DNA of 64,000 nt. It comes from Octopus vulgaris. Lineage: Eukaryota. This document shows, piece after piece, positions 28,427 to 43,960 of the stretch. The first letter of the stretch is position 1. Each line of letters opens with the position of its first letter. A model generated the notes under the pieces. The model did no database searches. It was not told the origin of the DNA and saw only the letters and a program-made list of their open reading frames with translations. The translations under genes were made by a program, and so were the position numbers. Where the stretch lies: the NCBI GenBank assembly GCA_951406725.2, contig OX597820.1, forward strand, positions 76,384,001-76,448,000. Reading direction: 5' to 3'.

Positions 28427-28989
28427 TACCTGACTTTTCAAGCTTGTCTTTAGCTATGCTGTAAGCCTTTTAGTAATTCCATTTTAGTTTCCTAGAATTC
28501 TTTGAAGACTCGTCATGGAAAAGTTGCATTAATATTTATAAGTATTTATACGTGATGAGGAGAAAAGTGTGAGATTCCGGCCTTCTCCTGAACGCTCCTT
28601 ATAATGAGGCGGAGAAGATTTCCGTCACCAATTTGTAACAAACTATTAGTTACGGTTGAATCAACATTCACCATAATGTACTTTGATTTTGTTCTTATAT
28701 AACCCCTGGAATACTTTGAAATTCGGGCTCCAGATTTGGAATCAGAATCTTCCAGCCAGTCATGTAATATATTATAAAGTTTTGCTTTCTTATGTTTTAT
28801 ATATATATATTAGTGTCTAGCTATGATCGGTGGTATGTTGAAGCTTGAGCGGACGATCGGTGGCTTATAAGTTGGAAACATAGAGTTTAGTAGATATAAG
28901 ACGATATCGAATGGTAGCACTGTAACCATGATGAATGCTCGAAGACGAAGATGGTGAAAAAGAAAATACGATGGAGGACGAGGACGAGA

Positions 28990-29212
<223 letters not shown>

Positions 29213-29254
29213 TATACACAAACACACACACACGTGTATTTATTGATCCAAAAT

Positions 29255-29450
29255 TATGACACAAGGCCAGCGATTTTGGGACAGCGGATAAGTCGATTAC
29301 ATTGACCAGTGTTCAATTGGCACTCATTCTATTGATCCCGAAAGGGTGAAAGGCAAAGCCGACCTTGGTGGAATTTCAATTCTGAACATACAGACGTACG
29401 AAACTACGCTAAGCATTTTGTCCGGCGTGCAAACGATTCTGCCAACTCGA
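29255..29450 (-). mobile_element. SINE family B
   Basis: GATCCCGAAAGGGTGAAAGGCAAAGCCGACCTTGGTGGAATTT. Confidence 0.75.
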
Positions 29451-30050
29451 ATGATTTATAATTTCTGTACATATATTTTTTCCTCATACAATATTCACAT
29501 ACCCACATGTGCACACACACACACACAGACACACACACTTACACATACACGCACATATACATACATTATGTCAAGTCACACTTAAGTGTCACTGTGGTAA
29601 TATATAACCCAGTACACGTGTTGCATCGCTGAGGAAACCGGCTCCACAACCAAGCCTGCTTGGGTTTTAGACACCATGAAGATGTCTGGATGTTAGACAC
29701 CATGAAGGATGAAAAAGCCAGGGGACTCAACAACAATCCAAATATATTTGATCGAGTACTTAGAAATTTCTGGTTTGGTACCCAGGTGAGTATTGAACCA
29801 ACCAGATTACGTTGGACTGTGTCGATGCAACTAACCTTGGAGAACTGTTATAGGAAAACTTGAGGTATGTTTTTCTTTGAGTTTGTAGTAAAGATTTGCA
29901 ACGTGAAAATCCGTTATATATACATATGTGTGTGCCTGTGTGTATAGACCCTCATACATCAAAGCAACGTGAAAATCCGTTATATATACATATGTGTGCC
30001 TGTGTGTATATACATACATACATACATACATACATACATACATACATACA

Positions 30051-30083
<33 letters not shown>

Positions 30084-30085
<2 letters not shown>

Positions 30086-30456
30086 CAACATTAAATCTCT
30101 GAGTGAGAAGTAAACAGTAACAGCACGGAATCGTGAAGTATATTTGCCACCTAAATGTAGCAGTCCCATAGGAGACGATGTCACTGTTGTTTATAGCCCA
30201 AGGAGGACACCTCCTCCAGCTGGATGACGACACACTGTCTCATTAGTACTTGCGGAGAGAAATCATCGTTCTCATCTCTAGCCTTACGTCATGAACACAG
30301 ACCCGGTTTTTGGGTAGTGACCCGTCATCAGGACTAATCAGACACAGACAGTGTGTCGTTTGCCAACCGGAGGAGGTGTCTTCCTGGGGCTATAAACAAC
30401 AGTAGCATCGTCCCATATGGGACCGCCATATTTAGGTAGCAAATATACTTCACGAT
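30084..30456 (-). mobile_element. Fold-back pLTR-type element (~110 bp arms) with degenerate HHR
   Basis: 30130-30240 is the reverse complement of 30346-30456. The loop minus strand reads CTGATGA-C-GGGT-CACT-ACCC-AAAAA-CCGG-GTC. Flanked by (TA)n and (TATG)n. Confidence 0.7.
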
Positions 30457-30934
30457 GTATGTATGTACATATATTTTTATATACGGACAGGTCAGTTTTA
30501 GCTTCACCACTATTATAATGTAAATCTTTTTGAACTCATAATATTCTGTACGTGTATACTGAACTTTTTTAATAATTCCTCCTGGAAATTATCTTGAGAT
30601 GTATAATATATTTGTTGTAATCTTTTGTGCCTATTATTTCAATGAGCTTGTTAAACTTTTTTATATTCTCAACATACTCTTGTCACCAAAGAATGTATAT
30701 TTATATGGATTATAGTACTCTGTGTCAACCAATATTCTGTGCATGTTTGAATATACAGATACAATACCAATATCAATTCCTTCAGGAAACTATCTTAAGC
30801 ATGTCCTTGAGAACGATTATTTATGTAGTAATCTTTTGTGCCCAATATTTTAAGGAACTTGCTGAACTTTTTTATGTCCCTAACATGTCCCTGTTACCAA
30901 AGACGGTATATATGTAATGTAGCAATTTTCAACA

Positions 30935-31050
30935 ACCAATAATTAACGCAACCAAACTTCTACATGCTACTTTTGACAATCTTTTTCCAAAGAGTGAAAC
31001 TGGTAAAGTAAATAAACATATTTTGAATTGCATTTTCAAACCTTCTTTCG
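30935..31050 (+). mobile_element. Second copy of the 10241 pLTR-like repeat
   Basis: Close match to 10241-10355; ends at (TA)n. Confidence 0.6.
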
Positions 31051-31056
31051 TATATA

Positions 31057-31158
<102 letters not shown>

Positions 31159-32241
31159 GTGTGTGTGTCGCAAAAAGTGGTAAACCTCCGTAGAGAAAAA
31201 ATATTAAGCCTTATTATATATTTCAACCAAGTTTCCTAGATACTTCCTTATCACTCCTGCCATCAGAACTTTAGTAAACCAATGATTGTATGAGTTTCAA
31301 GTTAGATATATATAACAGACGATGCCATTTATCACAAAATGTTTGATGTGAAAAAAAAAGAAAGTGAAAACAAAAAAATACAATAATAATAAAATAGAAA
31401 CGCAAAAATTTAGCATATCGACCAAGTGGATTCTTCGCAATTTTCAGAAATGATTAACATGTCGATGATCGATGGCTCAGTACGAAATCATATTTTCCGT
31501 ACAGTTTACATTTACTCTGTATTAGGAATATTTACATGTTTTCATGGCATTACTGATCTTAATACAAAATGACACACGTCCTGTCGGCTGAAGTGATTTC
31601 CGAGAAACCATATATTGTTTTGTTTAACCTTTCAAGCCAAAAGGAAATAGAAGATAAAGGGGAAAAAATAACATTATTGGATGGTGGTTATTTCTGCCAT
31701 ATTTTTTTGGAATATGTTAGTTTATTTTTTTCAAAAATTGGAGTTTTGTTATTTTTCTTTATAGTTTTAAACAGATAATAACTGTCACGTTTATGCTGGC
31801 CAACAACGGACTCCGGAAAACGATGCTTAAGCATACAATTCATAACGAATAATATTGTGATTAAGCAAAGGTTGTTGCTGCTGCTGCTACTACTACTGCT
31901 GATAAATTATGGTGAGCTAATCTTATAATGTGATGGTGACACTAACAAAGCCGATTTGAGGGAGTTGATGTAATATTCATGGTGAAGATTTCTAACCAGA
32001 TCTATGGCTCAGCACACTCCGGATCATAAGCATTATTGTATTTTTTCCGGCTACTTGCCATATGAGTTAAAATTCCGATGACGTCAACATTATTTTTCAA
32101 CCTCATTGTGTCAATGAACTTAAGTATCCCTCAAATGTTGGTATCTTGTACCTATATAAAAATAATACATCAATATCATATTTATGTGTAAGGCAGGCAA
32201 TATCTGATTCTCTGTTTGTCTAACTGTCTCTCCCTTTTTCA

Positions 32242-32301
<60 letters not shown>

Positions 32302-32334
32302 ACTAGACACATATACATATATACGAGCTGGCAG

Positions 32335-32819
32335 AGCTTTTGGATGCAGGCGAAACCATTACAGCGGAGAAGTACTGTCAGCAAATGGATAAAATGCATA
32401 AGAAACTCCGACAACAACAGTCAGCATTGGTCAAGAGAAACGGACTAATTCTTCCCCACGACAACGCTCGGTCACACGTCGCACAATTGACCCTACAGAA
32501 GTTGAAAGAATCGAGTTACGAAACTCTGCCTCATCTGACATACACGCCAAACCTCTCGCCTGCCGACTACCACTTTTTCAAGCATCTCGACAACTTCCTG
32601 CGTGAGAAATGCTTCAAAAACCAAGACGATGCCAAACTCGCCTTCAACGACTTCATCGTCACCAGAACGCTACTGGCATAAATAAATTTGTTTCGCGTTG
32701 GCAAAAGTGTGTTGATTCTGCTGGTGTTTATTTGGATTAATAAAGTTTTGTTTGAGCCGAGGTATGTGCATCTGAATTTAAAGGTTAAAAACCGCAAGAA
32801 CTTTCTTGACAACTTAATA
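32335..32819 (+). mobile_element. Mariner (DD34D, Hsmar1-like) 3' remnant with right TIR
   Basis: HDNARSH...TPNLSPADYHFFKHLDN with 34 residues between the two Asp. TIR AAAACCGCAAGAACTTTCTTGACAACTTAA followed by TA. Confidence 0.9.
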
Positions 32820-32874
32820 TGGCGGAAAGAAGGACCGGGAGTCATCCTACAGTAAAGATCTTGCCCAAATTTCT

Positions 32875-33280
32875 TATCTTTTGTCTCTTGCCTCAGTCAT
32901 TGGATACCGGTCATGCTAGAACATCGCCTTCAAGGATTTTTAGTTGAACAGATCGTCCAAGTACTCAAATTAATATCTCACCCTCTTTTGCCGAACTGCT
33001 CAGTTACGGGAACATAAACAGTTCAACACCGGTTACCAAGCAATGGGATTAGCAAATTCAGACACAGAGACACACACATACACATACGCACGTGTGTGCG
33101 ACTCACACATGCACACACACTATAAGCGATGGGTTTCCGCACAGTTTCCGTTTACAAAATCACTCACAAAGCATTGGTCGACCCTAGACTATAGTAGAAG
33201 ACACTTGCTGAAGATGCCGAGCAGTGGGACTGAACTCAGAACCATGTGGTTGCAAAACAAGATTCTCAACCATTCAGCCA
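32875..33280 (-). mobile_element. SINE family A, diverged
   Basis: TATAGTAGAAGACACTTGC..CAGTGGGACTGAACTCAGAACCATGTGGTTG. Confidence 0.75.
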
Positions 33281-33384
33281 AAAACAACCGCGGCTTAACT
33301 GATTCTGTTAAGAACAGTCAAATGATTTTATCTACAATTCAAAGTATCATATGACTGGCGACACACAATTCAGAATCTTGTTAA

Positions 33385-33508
33385 TGTTCATTATTTACAG
33401 TTGACTGATATTTGTCCCCATCTTGCTTGTTGTTAACACATTTCGGCTGATATATAATGTAAATAATGTAAATAATGTACATAATTCCTCATCTCTTAAA
33501 TATAGAAC
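33385..33508. mobile_element. Internally deleted, inverted copy of the 34086 HHR element
   Basis: Shares GATATTTGTCC.CATCTTG.TTGTTGTTAACACA and TGTAAATAATGTACATAATTCCTCATCTC. Possible TSD CTTGTTA. Confidence 0.65.
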
Positions 33509-33594
33509 CTTGTTAGAGTTGTTGGAGATGAACTGGTTAGTTACATGAAAATAAAAGTTTTGTTTGTTGTTATTTGTTCCTTCTCGATTCATGC

Positions 33595-33873
33595 TTGGCT
33601 CATAAGGGCCAGTTTCCCGGTTTCACTTGCGTACAGGTTCCTCACCTGGACGGGACGCTAGTCTGTCTCATGTGAGCTGCTAGATGCAGGAGGAGAGAGT
33701 GAGAAAAAGTTGTGGCAAATGAGTCATCAGCAGTTCGCCATTACCTTCTGCCGGAGCCGCGTGGAGCTTAGCTGTTTCGCTCATAAAATCACAGTTCTCC
33801 CGGTCTGAGATTCGAACTAGCGATCCCACGACCGCGAGTCCTCTGTTCTAACCACTACGTCACGTGCCTCCAC
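33595..33873 (-). mobile_element. tRNA-derived SINE (fourth family)
   Basis: Minus-strand head GTGGAGGCACGTGACGTAGTGGTTAG..AGTTCGAATCTCAG with A and B boxes. Confidence 0.7.
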
Positions 33874-34176
33874 AGAAGTTTTGCTTAGTGTCCCCATATT
33901 GGAATTGGTAAGACATTTAGCCGTTTCCCTATCCTTTGCTCACTAATGCATTTCAAGCAAACAAAATCCAAGAAGCTTCATATACTCTCCACAAAGCTTT
34001 TTAACCTTTAATCCAATGTAAGAAAATAAGCATAACGACAACAAAAGGGGAGTAATAAAAATAAATTCCCAACAGCTCATAGCCAATACAGTTCTATATT
34101 TGAGAGATGAGGAATTACGTACATTATTTACATTATTTACATTTGACGGATATTTATCCTCATCTTGTTTGTTGTT

Positions 34177-34222
34177 AACACAACGTTTCGGCTGATATAC
34201 CCTCCATCTTTCATCAGGTGTT
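34177..34222 (-). ncRNA. Minimal hammerhead ribozyme (stem II mutated)
   Basis: AACAC-CTGATGA-AAGATG-GAGGGTATAT-CAGCC-GAAA-CG-TT-GTGTT. Confidence 0.65.
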
Positions 34223-34273
34223 TTGGGGGAAATTTCGAACCTGGGTTCTCATTCCTAAGGTATTTTTCGATGT

Positions 34274-34331
<58 letters not shown>

Positions 34332-34383
34332 GCAACAACAACAACAACAACATGAATGAGAAAGAGGTTCGAAATTTTCCCAA

Positions 34384-34429
34384 GACACCTGATGAAGGCT
34401 GGTGGGTATATCAGCCGAAACGTTGTGTT
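34384..34429 (+). ncRNA. Intact minimal type-I hammerhead ribozyme
   Basis: GACAC-CTGATGA-A-GGCTG-GTGGGTATAT-CAGCC-GAAA-CG-TT-GTGTT. Canonical core with palindromic stem III (AACGTT). Confidence 0.85.
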
Positions 34430-34904
34430 AACAACAAACAAAATGAGGACAAATGTCCATCAAGTGTAAATAATGTAAATAAAGCTCATAGCCATCAAAT
34501 ATAATTCTACGTTGATATGCCCCGAAGAGTATTAAATACGCGTTTCATATAACTGTCTCTGTAGATAGAAATAATATGTATCGTATTCTTCACATCAACA
34601 TTATTTCATTCTGAAGAAGAACAATAATCCGAAGCACAATATTTGTCAGACTTCATTCGGATATTTTAAGGCTTGACTTTGCCGACGCTGATTTTCATCA
34701 ACGTCTTTCGATTCTGGTTCTTAGTTTAATTTTTAACATTTCGATTAATTTTATGCTCAGTCACTTTTGAAATCTATGAATAGAGGTTTTGTATGTTTTC
34801 CACAAAGAAAATTTTCGGATTGAGACATACGCCTACGCGCACATATCTATATATGAGTTCACAATGAAATCCAGAGGGGTGTTTTTGCTAACTGCATTCA
34901 AACT

Positions 34905-35108
34905 TGGCCAAATGCACTTTTTTCAGTATTTATTTTTGCTTGCAATAGCCGGTTCTTTTGGTCAAACTATCTTAACTCTAGCAGCTTCAGATGTCAAGAT
35001 ATCAAAAATTGTCAACGGTTTTTGCTATAGAATGGTAAAACTTTTTTTTTTTCGTTTTCTGAAAAAGTAACGTCTTGGAGTTACGACACTTTTTGCATAA
35101 TAGCAACG
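34905..35108 (+). repeat. Unclassified ~200 bp dispersed repeat (second copy at 44910-45121)
   Basis: Shared TTGGCCA.ATGC..GGTTCTTTTGGTCA.ACTAT..ATATCAAAAATTGTCAA..TTACGACACTTTT.GCATAATAGCAAC. Confidence 0.7.
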
Positions 35109-36399
35109 ATATATATGTGTATGTGTGGGTTTAATGTGTAGGTGTGTGAGTGTATTTATATATGTGTATGTATATATGTACATACCCACACAGAGACACA
35201 CGTATATATGCACAAATGCATACATATATAGATACATACGCAAACACACTTTATATGCGTTTCAGTTTTCGTCCCCTGTGTGTCTGCTTGGTGTAAAGAA
35301 AATATAGTCTTTCTACAAAGTGCTAATTATGAATGCATTTGCGGAAGTAATTTTATCTAATAAAGAAACCGAGAATATAATGGCTCTTTTAAGAATGTAA
35401 TATTTTCACAGATATCTTTTATTCTCTGTACATTCAATATATTTCGAGTTCCATGTCTGTATAAAAAGAAAGCTTACTTTCAATCCGTGAGTTTGAAATA
35501 ACGTTATAAATAATCTACGAAGAGAAAACATTGCCATGCCGTTCAATATATTTTACGAGAGTTAATATAAGAAATCATATACAGATACGATGAATAAGTG
35601 ATTCAGGATATATACTGCAAGCGATTATAAATGTGTCGTGTGTGTGTGTGTGTGTAATACTTATTAGGTACATAAATCTTGTCTAAGTCTTTTCTTTACT
35701 CCATGTATTTTTCTCTTCTTTTCTTTTGTATTGTTTGGGACAACAGCCAAAAATAAAACATAAAAATAAACTTCCTTGCTTTTTATATTTCTGTTTTCGT
35801 CGTTTCAGCAATATTGCGATTATAATCCGGCGAGTGGATAAATTCTTATTCTGGCGTATTAAATGGTTTGCGATAGTAAGCTACGTGCTATTGCTTTCTC
35901 AGTTCAAATTCTACTGCGGTCGGCTTTGCCTTTCATCCTATGCCAGATCGATAAAATACAGTATCAATCAACTAATGTGTTCGAATTAATCGATTGTTCC
36001 GCCCCTCCGCCTGAAAATTTATCGCTCTCTGCCAGGATTATTAATTCTTAACTGAGTCAGTTGTGCTAAATTTTTACTGAACTATTTATATCGTTTGAAA
36101 TAAATTACGTTTTATTGTTTCACGAGCGTAGGAGTGGCTGTGTGGTTAGTAGCTTACTTACTTCAGTACAGAGTGGACGCGTTTTTTTCGCGGTGGAAGT
36201 CACGTCGGTGTGGGTCATCTAGCTTTTTTTTTGGGCGGGGTGGACCTAGTGGAGGTCTGTTGCTCGTATTATTTTTTTTTTTCGAACAAGAAGTCCCCAC
36301 TGGGTTCCATGCATTTGTCTTCCAGTGGTCGTGCTTAAAGTCTCACTTAGTTGTGAGAAGTGTGTTTTGGGAGGCGTATCCCTCCTGAAAATTGTATTA

Positions 36400-37065
36400 T
36401 TTTAACTGCTATTTTTGAATGGCATTTCTAGCTGTTTTTGTGCCCGTGGATTACCATTTTTGGCCAAGACTACCGGGAGGGCCAGGAAAATTAATGTTTT
36501 TTGTGTCTCACTTAATTTTGAGAAACCAAAATCGAAATTTTGTGCTGCGACGGAACAATGTGGATTACCAGAGCAGCAGAATTGTGTTGCCATTTGAACT
36601 GTCTTCCTTCGTTCAGTTTCTCTCCTCTGTCTTTCCATTCTTTTTGGTGTTTATTATTGACTGCAGCTGACTGGGTGAGGTCAAAAGCAATTTTGATCCT
36701 ATGGACCCAATCAGCAGATGATCCGGCTTTGCCAGATTTTTTAACAATGGCCAGGTGCAGGTACCCGGTGATCCTTGAGGGACGCCCCCCAAGTGTCACC
36801 TGTGCCTGGAATTGGGCCACATAAAGAGGAACTGCCGCCGGGACCAAGCAAAGGTCCTGGAAAGGTTAATAGAAGAAGAGCCCCCTGGTACCCCATTGGA
36901 GGGAGGGAGGGAGGAAGTCGAGGGGTGGCAAACCGCTCGAAAAAGAAAGGGAGAAAAAGAAAGAAGGTGGGCTACAATGGTTGCCCATCAATGGATCCTG
37001 AGGCGGCAGGAGGAATGGAAGGACCTCCAAACAAGACAGAGGAACTCCACCCTCGCATCGTAAAG
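36400..37065 (+). pseudogene. Decayed LINE ORF1 (gag-like) with CCHC zinc knuckle
   Basis: RYPVILEGRP, then after a frameshift PKCHLCLELGHIKRNC (CX2CX4HX4C), then GWQTARKRK. Confidence 0.7.
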
Positions 37066-37089
37066 GAAAGGCGGAAATGATAAAAGAAG

Positions 37090-37370
37090 AAGGGAACATT
37101 GCCGATGGTTGATTGTGATTTGTCGGCATGCTTGGAAGCTTTGTCGGTGGGATATGCTTTGATGCAGTCCTGGAAACTTTCGTCGGAACAAGTACAGCCG
37201 ATCCATGTCACTCTCAGGGTGGAAGGCTCCGTGAACTGTCAACATTTTTCTGATCTTGGTATCCATTTCCTTCATTCCTCACTTTTCCCATTTTATAATT
37301 CCTGCTCCATACCGAACTGATGCTATCTCCCATGTATTAACTACTTGGATTTTATTCCATACAGTCAAGT
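37090..37370 (-). pseudogene. R4/Dong-type LINE RT fragment
   Basis: KEMDTKIRKMLTVHGAFHPESDMDRLYL resembles the R4/Dong thumb motif DxKxRKxLTxxxxxHPKSDVDRLY. Adjacent to (TTA)n. Confidence 0.7.
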
Positions 37371-37388
37371 ATTATTACTATTATTATT

Positions 37389-38580
<1,192 letters not shown>

Positions 38581-38583
38581 ATC

Positions 38584-38681
<98 letters not shown>

Positions 38682-39209
38682 CGACATCATTATTACTAAT
38701 TTATCTCTGTTGCATTATTTGTTCATTCGTTTAATATTTTTTGCTTTGTTTTGTATTTTTCGTTATACGTTTGGCATCTAAGTACATCTGTGTTGGTATG
38801 CGCACGTATGTTTGTGTCTGTATCTCTACGCATGCATTTACGCGTCCGTGCGCTTCTTCTATGTGCGTCCTCATGTAATACATGCGTTTTGTTGTACGCA
38901 TGCGTGTACTTACTTAAAGAAGAGGTCGTGATTCTAATTCTGTAAATCTTTTATGGATTTCATTTCATAACTGATTTATTACTTTGATTATTTTCGTATT
39001 CAACAATCGTAATAATGTGTTTATATATTTTTATAGATACATTATATTTTTTATTTATTTTTTTCTACTATTATTTTGGACAGCGGTTGGGCGCGTGTTA
39101 CAGAAGGAGGAGCGGAAGGCGGTGATTTATATCGAATATATAATGTAATGCACTATAGTGACCGGGATGTTATCTTTCGCTTTTTAGTTGTTTTTCTTTT
39201 GTTTGCTAA

Positions 39210-40446
<1,237 letters not shown>

Positions 40447-40935
40447 AATTATAAGACAAAGAGTAGCATCTTTAATGATCAGTTTTACAACTGTTTCTGT
40501 ACCAACTCTGCTTTCAACGCCAGTTTATGCAAACATCAGATGTGAAAATTTACGTAATATTTGTGATTTTAGATACAAGCGTGGCACCTCATAAGACTTA
40601 CATCAAATGTTCCCCTTTACACCATGCAAGTTCCAGACTTTTTGTTTTTGCTTATATGGGGAGGAAACAAAAAGTAAATATTTATTTATAAGTAAATAGA
40701 AGCTTCTTACCAAACAATGACGACTACTTAGATATTTCTGTATGTTTGGGAGACAGTATCTTTGTGCACCAATAACTTCTCTAATTCTGCTGTCGATTAT
40801 TTTCTTAAATTAAACAAAGCTGCACAGTATTTAATATGAAGTAATAACTAGGATCATCGAATATGGTGCAAGCCCTCATGTCAGAAGGAAATGTCGAGCC
40901 AATTACATCGACTGTGATACGTGACTTATATTATA

Positions 40936-41317
40936 CTAGCAGTATCGCCCGGCGTTGCTCAGGTTTGTAAGGGAAATAACTATAAAGCATTTTTAGAGAG
41001 TTATAGCCAAAAAATAGCAAAAAAATGGGGAAAAAATGATGGTAAATTTTTTTGAGAGTTAAAAAAGGTGGAGTTGCGTCCCCTAGACGGTCTGTGGTTT
41101 GGGTTTCTGATTCTCGACCCCATGTCGAATTTATCGATTTTTTCAGAACTGGGGGAACTTTTCAAAATTTTCGCTGCGTTAGTTTTGAATTATGACATTG
41201 GGCTATGTGTGTGTCAAGTTTCATCAGAATCGGTTGAAAGCCGTGGTCAGGGTGAGAGTACGAGAAAACAGACACACAGAAAACGCACAGACAAACTGCC
41301 GTTTATATAGAGAGAGA
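40936..41317 (-). mobile_element. Helitron-type non-autonomous element
   Basis: Minus strand reads A|TC...CCTGAGCAACGCCGGG (subterminal hairpin)-CGATACTG-CTAG|T, with no TSD. Confidence 0.75.
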
Positions 41318-41629
41318 TTTTAGCAACTTGTGAATAATGAAAAGTAACATTTGAAGCAGGAAATTAAGAGCCAGTAGTCCTTTTCTAATCTTTTGTTCTT
41401 ACTTCTTTTCATTCGTTAGATCGCGATCATGCTGGGGCACCCCCTAATTATTTAGCTATTGGCTTTTTACTAGGTATTTTTCTGATCCTGCCAATCCACT
41501 TCCTTAGTGCAAAACATTGGAGGCTTTGTGGAAAGAAGTTACTCGAAACAAGCAATTAAATAAAAGAAAACAAATCGGTCGTTCTCATCTCCATAGATTC
41601 AGCAAAACACGACAGTCAATCAGTAATAC

Positions 41630-43360
41630 ATTGGTTACAAATTTTGGTACAAGGCTTTCAATTTTGACGGACTGCTCAACGGGTACCTATCTTATCGACC
41701 CCTAAAGGATGAAAGGAAAAGTCGACCTCGGCGGCATTTGAACTCAAACCGCTAAAGAGACAAAATGTCGCTGAGCATTTTGTCCGGCGTGCTAACGGTT
41801 ATGCCAGCTCACCGCTTTAATGAGTCAGTAATATATTACTAAGGCAATGAAAGCCATGGCCATTTCTGATTGACCTTTCAGGGAGCTGATACCCAGTTAA
41901 TTTCGCGGAGGGATCAATCACGATTTGTGTCGTCAGCCAATTTACTTTGCAATGTAGCAGAGCCATGCAAATTAAACAAACCCTAATAAAATAACCTCTG
42001 AGTGTCGAGCTGCCAGTCTACGAACTTGGTTTCATTAATGCGCGTTCATATTATTACAACCTTTGAAAGCTGAGTAGTGGAATCGTTAGCATGCCGTACA
42101 AAATATTGAGCAGCATTTCTTCCGGTTTTACCTTTTCAGTTCAAATTCCGCTGTGGTCAACTTAACTTTTTATCCTTTCAAAATCAGCAAAATAAGTACC
42201 AGATGAGCCCTGGGATCGAGGAAATCGACAAGCCCCTCCCTATAATATTTCAGGTCTTATGCCTATAGTAGAAAGAATGAGTACATCCTATTCGTTCCAT
42301 ATGATGATGTCCACTCAGATTCTGAGATGTTTGACAGTATTACAGTGGTGTTATCAACGTATACTGTAAAGACATTTCTCTGATCTTAATGCGTGATTCT
42401 CCACAGAGAAGTTTAACTTTAATTTTTACTTTAGTGGTCCAAAATCCACACCTATCGCCATCAAGCAGACAGCACCGTACACAAAAGCAACCCAGCTTGT
42501 AAAAGCGGGACCAAAACAAAAGGTAAAAGTATTTTAGCAACAACATTTGACTCGGTCGAAATCATGAACCTGATCAAATTTGATGAAAGCCTTACCGAAT
42601 CAGATTTATTACGTAGCATCTGTATGAAGCATTTATATCATGTGGAAGTTGTCTTCAATAGCTCTTTTTTTCTCGAATTACATAAATCCGTGCTGTACCA
42701 CTTATAAACATCGACCTGTCAACACCTTAGTCGCAATCTTTAAATCTCTGTATAGCAGATTTATGAATGTGATATTACCAATGACGTACCTGCACTTCTA
42801 ATCCCTTCTGAAAGCCACGACTAGTCCCCAGTTCACACAATTAGAAACGCTTAAAGTCTACTGTCATTTATGATATGTGTTAATAAAGACGGTAGTAAAC
42901 ACTGAAGCACACACGCACGCACACACACGCACTCACACACACGCACACATACTCACACATATATGTATGTACATAAGTTTATGGGTTGACCATTGAAACG
43001 TAGCGATTTTCCGATAATATTGGTTTCAAATTTCGGAGCAGGGCTTAAGTCGATTACATTGTTCAACTGACAATTATTTTAACCATCTCAGAAAGAATGA
43101 AAAGCAATGTCGACCTCGACAGTAATTTGACTCATGACGAAAAAAATGTGCTAACGATTCTGCAAGCTCTCCGCCTGATATTAATAATTGTTTCCAAGTT
43201 GAGCAAACTGCCAACAATTTTCTGAGGAATAGGTTAGTCGATCCTATCAACTCGAATATTTCACTGTTTTTTGTTTTTTATAACCTCGCTAAGCGATGAA
43301 AAGTAAAGACGTTCCCAGCGGGAGAAATGTACTTTTAGCGCTCGGAATAAATTCCGGAAT
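41630..43360. mobile_element. Several SINE B copies (41630-41820 -, 42075-42280 +, 43020-43180 -, 43195-43390 -)
   Basis: Family B core motif present in each. Confidence 0.65.
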
Positions 43361-43619
43361 ACAATTTTGTTAGACGCTCCACCAATTCTGTCGACCAAGA
43401 TTGATATATGAAAATGACATCACTATGATATTCAAACTTGCCTCTTTAGACTGATGAGGAAACCAAACCTAATATTCCACATAAATAGCATTTAAACACC
43501 AGTAAATATATTCTCCCTGTCATATACATTTAGATACCCTATGATTAAAAATGTTGTCAAAGAACATTCTAAAAGCTTTCAAACTATAAGCACTTCAACA
43601 TGGAAATAAGCAGGATATT

Positions 43620-43960
43620 AAGTCCTTCTTTAGGTGCCATGTCCAGAATATAGGGCATAGGGGAAAATGTCCTGCCACAATTCTCTATTTTTGGCTTTCT
43701 GCAACTGTCCTACTTTTTGATATTTAATGTCTCTTATTCCCAACCAGTTTGTCAAACTTGACATCCATATCATCTTTCAGCTTCCCTTATTTCTTTTCTC
43801 TTCAGTCTTTCCGGTCATAACTAAATTCCCCAGGCCATCTTTCTTCATCACGTGACCAGGAAATCTCAGTTGCTTGGCCCCTTGTATCTCGAAGGAGTTA
43901 CGTATTTACCGCGACCCGGGTCGTCGCTTCTGCACTAGACACTTTGTCCATGCTGTCCTC
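43620..43960 (-). pseudogene. RTE LINE 3' fragment
   Basis: KQLRFPGHVMKKDGLGNLVMTGKTEEKRNKGS*KMIWMSSL resembles RTE/BovB ORF C-termini. Confidence 0.75.

Larger units (their letters stand above)
34086..34482. mobile_element. Fold-back element with two inverted hammerheads around a (TAA)n core, 12-bp TSD
   Basis: Arms ~34122-34253 and 34354-34481 are inverted. TSD AGCTCATAGCCA at 34074-34085 and 34483-34494. Confidence 0.85.
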
